A DNA stretch of 61,936 nt, the filler included, from Vermamoeba vermiformis (lineage: Eukaryota): the NCBI GenBank assembly GCA_045837725.1. It is 5 parts of 5 records of this genome, joined end to end, with 100 filler letters (N's around TTAATTAATTAA, not from the genome) between each part and the next. Parts side by side here need not be neighbours in the genome. Positions count along the whole stretch, not along the records: positions 17,103 to 43,788 come from JBEWZL010000190.1; 4 more parts are not named here. The stretch is one strand, 5' to 3'. Numbering within the stretch: position 1 is the first letter of the stretch; each line of letters starts with the position of its first letter. Shown piece by piece: positions 24,721-37,500 of the stretch. Under the pieces are notes generated by a model, which did not search any database, had not been told where the DNA came from, and saw only the letters and a program-made list of their open reading frames with translations. The translations under genes were made by a program, and so were the position numbers.

Positions 24721-26327
24721 TCGAATTACTTTGTCCGCTATAGACAGTCTACAGATTATCAATTGTTAGAATAGATTAAACAGAAATAATTATGGTTTGC
24801 TTACAGTAGTGAGCGACATTTTTACCGTAAGATCTTACGGTATTAAGCAACTTTGCCGCACAATGCTACTTATCTGGCAGGGTCATAAACGCGCTCCCTG
24901 GCATTGTACTGCATGTCGTCCGAGTCCACAGCGAGTCTTGGGTATCAACAAGCTCCAGGTCGTGATGACTGAGAGGTATGAGTGCGTAGAGGGATCATTC
25001 CCTAATGCACTGTTAGTATTATGAACCGAGCCTGGCGGACTTGTTGGACTGAATGTTGAGTTTAACGAGTGCTTGACTTACCGCCGCCTAGTAGGTGCCA
25101 ATGAAGATACGAGTGTCACGCGCAGCGAACAACGCGAGAAGATGCGCATGATCCACCAGAGCAGTGCGAAGGCCTCACAGCACCTAGCGCAACGACGATG
25201 GCATTCCAAGTGCGAGATGGCAGCGATGGCTCTACGCGGTAAGTACAAGCACAGGCATTCGTCAAGACTGCGGCAATGGAATTGACCAACTTGCGCTTGG
25301 CAAACGCAGTGATCAACATTGATTACATCGCGTACCGTGTACCGTGGATGCGTTGAAAATACACTTGTAAAACTCGCTGTCAAGGCACGGAAGCTAGAGA
25401 TCAAGTTCAGGGACACGCAGTGTTGTTGGCCAAGAACTGGAGCTGCCTGCTTAGCAGTGCTCGAGTGTGTGTTCGTAGTAGAGTGTGTTGTCGTTGAAGG
25501 TAGTGCTGCCACTGCTGCCGGCCACTCCAGCTTGCCGTTGTAAAACCTGGTGGCGGTATTGGCGAGCACCCGTCCCACGCCTTGCTGGACGTGAATAATC
25601 AGGTAATTGTTACAACAAGTAAAATTTTGATCCGATCCGCGTTGAATCAATCCGTGTACACTTAATAGAGGCTTTATGATTCTATTAAATTTACAACGTC
25701 ATTAGCTATTACAATTGGCTTCTAATTGCGCTTACCAAGGTTAGAACAATAAAACGATGTTGTTTGCCGAGCGAGCGATCTAGATCCGTAACACTAGGCC
25801 TCAATACCCTGAATAAACCATCAGAGAGTTTAAAATATTACCTAATTTATATCCATACTTACAAGCTGCTATCTACGTGCAAAACTACAGATCAAACCGT
25901 ACTTGGACAAATGATCCGATCCGGATCAGAACAAGCATTGACGTATTTATTCTAATGATAATAACGAATAAATGTCATGGTTTATTAACTATAATTAAAC
26001 TTACGAATTCATTCATATAGCTGGTATCGATTTAGGTAAGGAGGATCAGATCTCGTTTTTGAAGATCGCATTTTCTACCAAATCAAATCTATTTGAGAAT
26101 AATTATGTTAATACTTAAATTATTATTCCAATAGCGTTACATTTACCCTTGTTTAAATTGAAGACAAAACCAAGATCCGCACTTAACTGATCTGTGTCTA
26201 TATTAAATAAACGAATGAGAATAGTTACAATAATGTAAGGAAGCGCTGTATATAAATTTATTATTTTTGTTTGTTTTTAAATTATATTGAATATTAACTT
26301 GAGGTTGCAAAAGACCGTTACATTTCA

Positions 26328-29185
26328 TTACATCTTCTTTGACTTTTTGGCTTCCTTTTCATCTTCGGACTTCGGCTCCAACGCGAGAGATATCTTACGC
26401 TTCTCGCCAGTGTTCCGTTGGGCACTAGGAAACAGGTTGACTCGGAATATGGAGCCCCATCTCTTCTCTGATTCCTCGTCACTATCCGGAGGCGGAAAAG
26501 GGCCTTTGCGAGCAGGTTTTGGAGGTGGGCCGCTCTTGTTTGATGCCCGCGGCGTCTTCTTGGCAGTATTGCCGAGCAAATTCTGGGACTTCTTTGGCAG
26601 AGGTGGTTCGACTCTGACTTGTTCGTTGACAGAGCTCTTAGATGTACTAGTCGTTGGTTTGACGGGAGGAGCAGGAGCTCTGTCAAGCTTCACTTCAGGC
26701 AATACGAGCACTGGGTCTGTCGTTGGTTTGACGAGAGGAGCAGGAGTTCTGTCAAGCTTCACTTCAGGCAATACGGGCTCTGGGTCTTCTCGTACAGGAG
26801 AGAGCGGCAAAGTTTGACTCGGGATATGGAAGGACTCGTTGATATTAGTGGACTTGCTCATTACAGATCTGGAGTTTGACGAGGAGACCGATGGGCTAGG
26901 AGAGCACGACGAACTGGAGCTGCTCGACTCGGAAGACGACGAAGAGCTGACTTCGTCAGAATTACTTTCATCAGCTGAGCTGGACTCGAACTCCGAGGAT
27001 GGAGCTTCAAATGAAGACCAAGAAGCTTCTTCTTCATCGTTGTCGTCTTCTCCATCGTCTTCATCGTCTTCATCTTCTCCCTCTTCGTCTTCGTCGTCCT
27101 GCTCCGACGGTTCCTCCTTGTTGAGCGCGCTTTTAGACGACTTTGCTGCCGGGCTGCTGCTGCAGGATCTCCCTCCTACCGAAGACCAGTATGCAGAAAC
27201 CAAGTGCATGAAGGGGATCATTCTGTAGCCTGGAAAATCTTTGACCGAGCCATCCTTGAAGGCCACCGTGAACTCAACCTTCGAGCGAGAAACAAATCGG
27301 TGCTTGACAATTCGATCGATGCTCTCTGCGAAGTCGTCGTTCTTCTTCTCGTACTGCTTCTGAAACTTGTTGAGCATTTTTTCCATGGAGCCTGTTGGCA
27401 GCATACCGACAGTGTTATTGACGGTTTTCAACGTGTTTTGATTGACATCAGAGCGATGAACTCTGTCGTAGTGAGTGGAGAGCACATCGCTAGAGGTGTT
27501 TATCAACGCAGCGTGCTTTTCCGTGAAGAACTTGGCAATGCCCTCTTGATCGAGCTTCAAATGATGCTCGGTGAGGAACGTGACCAAAGCACGACGGAAG
27601 TAAGTGCATGAGATTGTTCTCCCAGGAAAGTAGGAGGCCACGATGCTTTGCACAAGATTTGACAAGCCTTGATATCCTAATGGACAGAAATTCGTTAGTT
27701 ATATTACTTAAACGCAGTGGGCGTGCTTACTCATTGCATTCCCGACTCTGTTAATCCAAACAGATTCGACGCCCTTGTTCGCAACTATTGGCAGATAGCT
27801 CTCGATCCATACTCGCAAAGGAATAGAGAACGAGTTGGGAAGAACGAAGAAGTCCGTCTTAGCGCGCTTGACTTTTTCACGAGGTGGAAAAAACTTTGCA
27901 TCTCCTCCTTCGAAGACGACGTTCTAATACTTAAATAAGTAATTGATCGATAATGATAAAGAATAATTTAAACTTACTTGCTTCGTCAGCGAAGCACCAA
28001 ACTGACGTCTTTGTCCACCTAAGTGCATCAGAGTCAGCAGGTACAAATGACCCATGAACAGGGTCATTTCGTCTCTGGAAAGTTTTGACTCGCGTGCTTC
28101 TCCGTAGATGAATGCGCTATCTCGTTCGATCATTTGCGTGATCTTGTCGCACACAGACTCGTTGAGTTGACGTAGCTCAGTTTGGTCCAACCACTCACCG
28201 AGTAGCATCAGAGTTTCGGCAACAGTTTTGTTGGCGTTAGACTTGGCTATGTCTTTTGCTTCTGTTAAGACAATGTTAATTTCAGGTTGAAAAATTGAAA
28301 CTGAAGCTTACTCGCCGCAGGTATTTTCAAGATATCATTCACAGCGTCGATACGGGCACGATAGTTAGCAAAACTTTCCAATCCCTGTATTGACGTTATA
28401 GTTAGACAGGTATGGATATACCGACTAAGACTTACGTGCAAGTACTTCAAGAACATACGAATGATCTTGATCACATTGGCAATTGTCGCTGGCTTTTTCC
28501 CCGTTGACTCATACCAACAAGGGAAAGCAGTGGCAACTCTAGTGTCGAGCAAGTGCCGAACGTCAACGATTTTTGGCTGAATGACATCTGCGACGAATCT
28601 GAAGTAGATGGCCAGTGCAGATCTGGTCTCGCCACCCCTGTCTGAGCCACTATTGCTCAGGAGACCCTGCTTGACCTTGGTCTGGTCCTCAGTAGAGCCG
28701 TGAAGCCGAGTCAGCCTTTTGCGCTCGATGTATTTTTCGAATAAAGAACCAACGCAAAAGTACTTCACAGATACCTTTTCGAGAGGAAATCCCTGAAGCC
28801 TTTTTGGCGCACCAGTTTGATCGTTACCTAGTAAGAATAATAGATTGATTAGATAATGATCTGTCAAAGTTATTGACTGTTAACTTACGCGTTAACGAAG
28901 GGAAAACTCGTTCTTCAAGGTCATCAGGCACGTCGTCCATGTCGCAAACGATTGGAGCGTCAGTGAACTGAGCCAATGCGAGCTTCGCCTTGGCTATCTC
29001 TCTTTCCAATTTTTTAACTTCTACTGCAAGTGATTAGAATTGAAGCTATATTCCAATTAGCTAACCGACTAAATGAACTTACCTTTAGAAGAAGGCGACG
29101 AGTTTCGTTTTATTTTTTTTTCTTTCTAAAACAATATTGCGTTAATTACGATATTGAAAGTAAGACGTTTGTTTACCTTCTCCAT
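26328..29185 (-). CDS. Intron-containing tyrosine recombinase with a chromodomain-like module and a low-complexity tail
   Basis: Spliced product has core-binding helix KKPATIANVIKIIRMFLKYL, box I LMHLGGQRRQ, Lys in REKVKR, box II TYFRR...AALINTS..VL..HY, then IDRIVKHR...VEFTVAFKDG...LVSAYW. Confidence 0.82.
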
Positions 29186-29357
29186 GTAGAAAAACGATAA
29201 ATGGATTAAGAAGTAAACCGATTGTATTCCAAAATTGCGCACGTGATCATCTAGCGAGATGATTGGTCAGACGTGCACGTGAGCTAATTGGTGGAAAACT
29301 GACTTACGCACAAAAAAGGTAAGTATACGTCCGTGATTGAATTGTGATTTTCAGACA

Positions 29358-29768
29358 ATGCAACCAATACTTACAACAATGGCAGAACCGAAACAAGATG
29401 ACTGGTCCGACTTCACGGAGGAAGAATGCATTATGATCGACGACTTGCTAAGAATAGCGCGAGAAGATAATATTGCAACCAACCCGTATTATTCGCAGGA
29501 TGAAGAAGCAACCCAAAAAGTTGATGATTATGACGAAACTGAATACGTGACGCACCCGGAGCCAGTTGAACCTGGTTTCGATTTTATTCATTTATTAGAA
29601 GAAAACGACGAATGTTCTAGCCCTGCTTCATCCACTGATGATGAAGTACTTACGCAAAGGCCAAGTATTAAGCGAGTCCGAGAAATGGCCCGATTGTTTG
29701 GCCTAACAATGCCTGATAATGAAGACTCGAAATCCCTACCCGGAGAAACTAATGTTAATTCGAAATGA
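29358..29768 (+). CDS. Small acidic hypothetical protein divergent from the YR gene
   Basis: Open Asp/Glu-rich ORF with an apparent 5'UTR intron (gtaagt...tttcag) just before the ATG. Confidence 0.55.
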   Translation: MQPILTTMAEPKQDDWSDFTEEECIMIDDLLRIAREDNIATNPYYSQDEEATQKVDDYDETEYVTHPEPVEPGFDFIHLLEENDECSSPASSTDDEVLTQRPSIKRVREMARLFGLTMPDNEDSKSLPGETNVNSK

Positions 29769-29834
29769 ACTAAAAATAAAATTTCCTTTTTTAAATATAT
29801 TCAAATTTGTTATTATTGATTAAGTAACAACAAG

Positions 29835-31054
29835 ATGGAAAGGTATGTATTAATAAGCAATTCGAATTGTCTAACTATTAACGAAGAAAATACCTGTGCC
29901 ATTGTTCTGATAAGCACGGTCATTTCTATGTACATACCGATGATTTTTCGGAGCAGTGGCTTGGAAAGGGAGGCGTTGCTGGCTTGTTGGGCATGAGCAA
30001 AAACTCGTTCTGCTCAAAGTTGTCTTTGTACGCTCCAAACGCTCCCATCGGAACTTATCCGTTCAATAACGTCGTCTTGGAGCATTCAAAAGAGCTTGGC
30101 GCCACAAGACCAACTGTGTTTTACACTCTCGAACAAGCCAATGCAATCATCAAGCAATGGTTGACGAGACCAGGCGGGAAAAAGAGTTGGCCGATTAGAC
30201 TTTCAAGTGCTCGTGCATTTCTCGCCAGCCTGGACAGAATATCGTTAGTTGAGATTAAAGACGGTAACAATAGCTACTTTAAAATAGAACGTACTGAGAA
30301 GCAGGGTGATAAGATTGCTGCAATTCAATACGTTCATGAAACTAACAACAAAGCCGCAGCAAGACAAGAAAATAATAGTGAACCAAGCTTGTCGCCTGAT
30401 TCGAAAGAGGTGTTACTTACGCTTATGGATATGTACCAAGAGAGCAATCCGGAAGAAGCCGATATTCCGGTCGAAGAGAAGCAATTTCAAAAGAGAACTG
30501 ACGAAGAACCTGCCCGAGAGCTGCACGTGCATGAACCCAAGCCAAATAACAATGCACAAGTGCAATTGGAGGGCCAAAATCAAAAACAAGCGTATACTTC
30601 GGAGCAAAGTTGTCCCGAGATAATTGACGTTGATTCCTACGAGCCGCCAGAGAAAGGCAAGCTATACAATTGTTAAATTACGATAGAATAACATATATTA
30701 GTGTGGCAACAAACCTCGCTCGAATCTCTAATGTCCGCCAAATCGAAGAGAAAAGCTTCAGCAAGTGATAGCAAGACGAGCAAGCGAAGAAAGGAACTTG
30801 AGCCTGTCTTTGATTTTTCGGCGCTTTCAAAACCTTTCAAGGCACCTCGGAAAATCTCCGCCGCACCAACGCCCGAAGAGGAAACCAAAGAACCAACACA
30901 AAGCGAAGCTGAGCCCGAAAGCGTCAAGCCTAACACTGAAACGTTAACGAACAATGATACCGTGACGCAAGCTCAAACTCCACAAGATTCAGTCGAATCA
31001 ATTTACAAAAAATTAGCTAAAAATTTCCCAGACGACGATGAAGATTTTCAATAA
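29835..31054 (+). CDS. Multi-exon hypothetical protein with a possible N-terminal HTH-like DNA-binding domain and a disordered tail
   Basis: Spliced MERKYLCHCSDKHGHFYVHTDDFSEQWLGKGGVAGLLGMSKNSFCSKL; NLS-like KSKRK and KRRKE. Confidence 0.6.
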
Positions 31055-31189
31055 GATAAATATAAATTAACTAATGCCTGAATCATCGGCATTAATAAAT
31101 TTTACGAGTAAATAAATGCAATGTTTAACAAAATTACTTACTTGGCAAAGCCGTGTTACCAAATAAAGCAGTCAAGTTAACTAAGCACA

Positions 31190-31924
31190 ATGGAAGAGAA
31201 GCTAAGATTTACCGAAGCGCTTGCACTGCTGTAAGTATCGCCAATTAATTAATCGACGCTGACAAACTTCGTAGTCGAGAGGGGCCTGTTAAAACAATAA
31301 CGTAAGAAATTTGCGATTTTATAATATACTATTAATTATGCTAACAATCGTAGTGCGGAAAAGGTGCTTCGAGATGAAGAAATTGGAGTATATTTTATTA
31401 AAAGCGCTTACGAGACTTACCTTTCCTTACCCCTCGTAGTTTTAATGTTACCAAAGGCCCACATCTATCAATTTAGCAACTTGATAGAGATATTGCAGCC
31501 CTTGTTCAAAGGTAACAAGATTTCGAGTCTTCGGTGCTTCACGTTAAGCGACGTTCATAAAATGCTATCGCTTTATTGCCGCCAGGTAATATCTCCTGTA
31601 CAACGTAATACAGTTACTAACATTGGTTAGAATGGACCTGAGTCGCTATCAACTTTGAAAAAATTGAAAAATTTAATTAGGGAATATAACCTTGATGGCG
31701 AGATTTTTAGTTGTTTAGATCCCTCGTACCATCGCTTAATTGGCGCTTACCCTGAGTACTACAGCGACTACTTGTCTTATGGTTGGCTTCCTGGCTCTTT
31801 GGAAGCCGAACTAGGTCTTGCAAGCAAGGGTGCTGACGAGGCAAGCGTGAAAGAAGACGGTTCCGTTGAAGAAAATGAGGAGTCTAAAGAAGGAACCGTA
31901 AATAACCCGATATTATTGGACTAA
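31190..31924 (+). CDS. Multi-exon hypothetical protein
   Basis: Four exons with canonical splice sites join in frame: MEEKLRFTEALALL...GVYFIKSAYETYLSLPLV... Confidence 0.55.
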
Positions 31925-31956
31925 AATAAAAACTTTCTTACTTTGATCCGGATCGA

Positions 31957-33770
31957 TCAGATCGAAACGGGTAGCTTTTGTTTAATTTTACAAAATTTGT
32001 GGAAGTGCTTCTTGCGCTTCCGCTTAATTCTATTGATCCTAGAGTTATTATTAGAACTCGACGGACTCAGCTGGAGCACGGTCGTTGAAGGATCCATCGA
32101 TCCGACATCTGCTTGGTTCTCTTGACGCTGATCTAACCTAAATAAATGGCTTCAGTAAAATTACTACAAAAATAGCTACTACTAGCTAACACTTACTCTA
32201 CGCTATGTACTTCGCTAGCAGACTTTGTTGAACTTTCGATCTCATTGCCGAGATCTTCCGCAAGCCACTCAACTCCGTCAAAGCAACGCTCCACGAAGAT
32301 TGGCTTTTTTGGCTTTGCATTAGCCTCCTTCAATTTTTTTTTAGGAGATTCGTTAGGATCCGAATCTGCCTTTCGTTTTTGTCGCTCCAACTGGGTTTGC
32401 TTTGACGCCAATTCCTTTTTGGCTGCCGTAGTACGCATTATTACGCTCTATAAAGAATTATTTAATTTTAAATGAGGCAAATAAGAAACAAACTTACGGT
32501 TGGATCGGCTAGATGCAGCTTTACCCGAGCAGTTGCCGAGTACCAGTGGTACATGCCCACGTTAAGACTATTCTCGGTCATTTTAGTTGTCGTAGATCGT
32601 TGCCAGCCGGGTGGAAGTGTAACTAATGATTTAGAAGGGCTATCGCCAGGCACGTCTGAATCCGATCCAGATCCAGGCTTAGATGATAGCTCTTGGTCAG
32701 ACAAGGCATTATCATCATCGACTGCGAAGCAGCAAGTCGTGTAGCACTTGTTCCTGCCTTTAGTATAACAGTGAACCTGCGCATAAATATTAGACTGGGC
32801 CGTTTATAATTACGTTAACTTTTTACCTTGTTTTTACCGCTCTTATTCTTGCGAAACACAAGCAAAAACAAGTTTGAAAAATCCAGCCACTCTTGTTCCA
32901 AGTAACGAGAGCAATCAAAGTCGGTACCAATATAATCGAGAATCTGTCGAACAAATTCCGAAGTGAACACGCGCAAAGCCTTCACGTTGCATTGCTTCGA
33001 AAGAAATGCTAGTGCGTTTGTAGTAGGCGGTACTCCTATATTAAATAAATTATTATTACAATTAAAAAATAATTGAGTAGTAGTTTTTAAAAAAAACAAA
33101 TAAAAAAGGGTAACTAACCATAATGCAAGTACAATCGCTCCAGTGTCTCGTTTATAGTGTATGCACCAAGTCCATTAAACAGTGCTTGATCGTGCATAAC
33201 TTCGAACAAGCTCTTATCAAAAGCTTTGGGCCTTGCCGCTAGCTCCCTTTCCAAATGCTCGGTCCAAGTAGTCGCTTCGGACACCAAGTCAGGACTTCGT
33301 GTAGGATCCCATTGAAGGGACGAGCTGAACGCTATGGTAACGAAGTTCGGAAATTGGGCAGCTTCGACGATGAACAGGCAATTGTTCAGGTCCTTGGAGC
33401 GAAGGACAAAATTAACGTGCTCGTTGAAAGGGTAGCTCTTTACGGCAAGCAGTGGCTTCACGACAAAGTAGCCACCGAGTGCGAGATGCACACGGAGACA
33501 AGAGCCATCCTCGAATATCAGGGCAAGCTCCTTTCCCCGCGCAGTTGCCTAAAAATAACACGTTAACATTAAAAACACAAAATTTACGACAGCACTTACG
33601 GAGACTAGCTTTTTGCTGCATTTCTTATTAAATTCTTCGACGACTTCAGGCTGATTCGGATCTTTAGTCAGTGCGTAGTCTCTGCACTTGATCAATTTGT
33701 CGAATTCGATGCCGCGAAGTCTTTCAGTAAGCCAAAGAGCGAATAGTTTGTATTCGGGTAATTCAGGCAT
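31957..33770 (-). CDS. NEIL1-like Fpg/Nei DNA glycosylase/AP lyase, copy 2, apparently intact
   Basis: MPELPE start (catalytic Pro2/Glu3), spliced ATARGKELALIF..HLALGGYF, WDPTRSPDLVSE and KAFDKSLFEVMHDQALFNGLGAYTINETLERL..GVPP. These match the NEIL1 pattern KAFDRPICEALLDQRFFNGIGNY. Confidence 0.88.
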
Positions 33771-34508
33771 CCATCTGGCCAACGATCAGCACGGATTCGG
33801 AAGCAGAACATCGCCAAACAATTACTGCTGAGCGCACACTTGCTTACGGAGATATAAGAAGTGCTTGTGATCGCACCCGTGACCATACGGACACGCCCCA
33901 AGTAAGTAAGATGCGCAACAACAATAACCATCCGGATGTAAAATAACGCAGCCCTCCCGAACCAACAAAATTATAATGCTAATAATTATGTCGATTTAGA
34001 GGAGGTCTAGCGCCGGGTAATTCATTCTTCGAGGCCAACATCTCGTACCGAAAAAGACTTGTCGTGCCAACAAGCGCTAATCAGCCGGAGGACACCGGTC
34101 CGTAATTTATAATTTTTTGTAGCTACCGCTACGTATAAATTAAATAAAATATTTGAAGAATAATAAAAATAAATTCGGTTTGGATCAAATCTATTATCTA
34201 TGGTCACTCCCGTGACAATGAAATATATAATATTATAATAAAAATATTTTTCTCGGCGCATACTACGCCACAGAAATACGTAATAATAAAATTACTTACG
34301 TGTTGACTGGATTGAAAAAACGTGCTCGAAAGTCGGATGCGCAATAACCGACGCGAAATAACAAAATTCGGCTGTTGTGTTGTATATTAATATAAATAAT
34401 GTAAAAATGATTGTTTCTGATCGAATTGCAAATTTAGCGCCCACGTGGTTATCACGTGCCTTGAACTTCACAATCAGATTTTGTTTTAATTTCATTTAAT
34501 TAAACAAC

Positions 34509-37500
34509 ATGCACAAGTCTACAACGTACCTAGAGCTGCCGCTGCCTAAAAAGTAAGTCCTTGTTCGGCGCAGATGCCGATCAACTTTTAAACATTGCGG
34601 TGGTGCTTCCACCGAAATAATACTTAGAAAATTACATTTAAATATTTTAAATAAGAAATAATTAAGCCGAAAATTACCCGAAGTAATTTAAAAAATCTCA
34701 GTGACACTGAGATTCATTTCTGATCGAATAAATTTAGTGTTCCTTCGGATCCCCGTGCAGTGGAACTGCACGTAGCACGTTACGTAGATTTTTTTATGCA
34801 AACGAAAGGAGTTTCCCTTCCAAACAAAGTGAAGAGCGGCTTCGTGCAATCGATCACGCAGCATTTCTCTTCGTATGGGGAGGAATATCGCAATAATAGC
34901 ATGCTGCTATTCGTACTAACGTACTATGGTTAGTAAATTCTAAATTAATAACTTTTGAATGTCTTTAAATTGACAAATTAATTAGCTTACAACGGATTCA
35001 TATTCGTGTCCGAGAACAACCACTTTCAGCAACGTTATCCCTTATGGTTCGAGGCATACAAAGCGGTGCTGACAAAGAAGCTATTTCTCAACGCAAGAAA
35101 CGGCACGGAATGGACATACGTTACCGAGGTGTTTCGTCGCTTTCCTGACGCGCTAGACACGTTCGTCACCTGGGCTACCGATTGGCATCGAGAGAACGTA
35201 CAAGAGTATGCAAATCTCGACGATAAAGAGCGAAGGAAGCGCGTATACTACCAAGTGTTTTGCGCAATGCAATATCACGTCAAGTTTTGCTTATGCAAGG
35301 CGAACTTCTACGCTTTGCTAGATAGCACAAAAGGCATGGACTTCGCGGAGTACACTACTCCGTTCTTTTCAAAAACAGCTCTTGTTGACGAAAACAAAAT
35401 ACGTAAGTATCAGTTCAAGTAAATTTGTAAACTAACTCTAGAAATAGAGCGCTACGTTCCACCACAGGGAGAACACGGTTATGGCAAAGGCGATCCTTTC
35501 GCTCCGTTTGGTAAGTTATAAGATTACTTTATTGCTCTTAAAAAATACCGATAAATTCTTGACAAGCTAACCTAAATAATGGATAGTTATAAACGAAAAT
35601 AACCGACAAATTGCCGAGTATTTCACGAAGGATCCCTTTGACGCCGAATCGTGGAATTCCAAAAAACGAAAGTTAGTAAGTGCAAAACGGAGTTTAACGA
35701 AGAGTTGACTTGCTAACTATACGACAGGACAAGGTATCGGGAAACTTAGACAAGCAGAACAACATTCCTCCCGCTCTTAGAAATGCACCGATACTTGGCC
35801 CAGCTTTCCCGTATGCAATTGTTCGGCCGGCCAAGAGCTCGGAAACTGTTCCGCTCTATGAACGTGCGCGTATCCAGGCAATCAGCAAAGGGCAGCTAGT
35901 TGCTAGTCCTTCTGATACAGCTGAAGACACGTCAGTCGGGATGGAGATAGAGAACACAAACAACGAGCACAGAACTCCTTACGAACAGGCGTCGGTGAAT
36001 TTCTCACCGTATGTACCACCTCCTTATCTTCCACCACCGTACGTTCCACAAGCGTACGTCCCGCCATCGTACCCGCCACAATACGGTGCACTATACGCAC
36101 CATACAATTACTATGTACCTCCAGCGTATTGGCCTGGTCAGGGACCGTATTCATTGCCTATCCAACTGTATAACCAATACGCTGGATACAATACCGTGTA
36201 CGATCAGAATCAAGCCAGAGCGAGATATAAACAACCTTCTGATAGTGTCAATCCTGGCATCATTACGATAAATAACTCTGAAAAGTCGCAAAAATCCCTT
36301 ACTGTAGCAGCGCCGCAGACAGTTGATCGCTCAGAGAGCACTCAAGTACCGCCCGTAGCTAATACAGTACCGCGCTCCACAGCTTCGTCGAGTTCAATTG
36401 CGATAGCCGCGACGCAGACAGTTGATCGGTCACAAAATAGTCAAGTACCGCTCGTAGCTAATTCAGTCCCGTGCTCCACAGCTTCGTCAAGTTCAATTAC
36501 GATAGAAGCGCCACAGACTATAATTGATCGTCCCGTAGCTAATACAGTACCGCGCTCCACAGATCCGTCGAATTCAGATACTACACCAGCGCCGCAGACC
36601 ATAGTAGATCGACCAGAGAACACTCAAGTACCGCCCGTAGCTAATACAGTCCCGTGCTCCACAGCTTCGTCGAACTCAGATACCACAGCAGCAGCGCAGA
36701 CCAAAATTGATAGTCAAGCACCGCCTCTAGCTAAATCTGTCCCTTCTTCGAGGGTAGAGACCCCTACGGCAGGAGGCAAGGACGAAAGTACAGCTAAACC
36801 CATCGAAACCAAACCGAAATCTGAAGTTAGCGGTTACTTCTCTTTTCCCTCTGTGTTACCTCCGATAACGGTATCAAGCGCACGCAGCGCTTCGGTCGCA
36901 AACACAATTTCTCTTGCCAAGTTCAGTGAATTACCCAAACCGATGCGTGACAACACAGTTTTTCGGGTAACTTTAGAAAAACTACCACACGACGCTAGTA
37001 CTTCAGTCATTGACGCAAGTACTCACAGTAGCCGTACGTAGCCCATATTAGTATAAAATTTAGGTCTAACTATTTTTAGTGGGCGCCATGGCAGTTATTC
37101 CAAAAGAGCTACTCGACGTGATTTTCTCGTATCTAGTTGCGTATGTCAGTTCAATACGCAGCTTGATGGACACGTGCAAGGAGCTACTCTTCAATGGCAT
37201 CAACTACTTACTGTCGGTCCCCCCGTTACAAATTTGGCTCTCAAACGACACAAAACACGTACAACGAATGCTAACCGCGTTCGATATCCCACATAAGTGT
37301 CTTCAAGTCATGAAGTGGGATTTTGAACTGTTGCAAAAGTTGAGCCTAGTTGCAGTGGCAAGGCGCAAGTCCCAGCATCATGATATATTTCTCAAGAGGT
37401 AACCATCGTAAAGTCATCTTTATAACAAGCTAATCTTTAATAACCCAGGAATTGGAATCTGGCAACACGTGCGTCTGTCGTTGTGTTAGATCTCAGAGTT

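Noticed and set aside
26328-29185. Assignment of the YR as a Starship captain (DUF3435) or a specific Crypton clade
   Set aside because: Only generic YR motifs are visible; family assignment needs a profile search.
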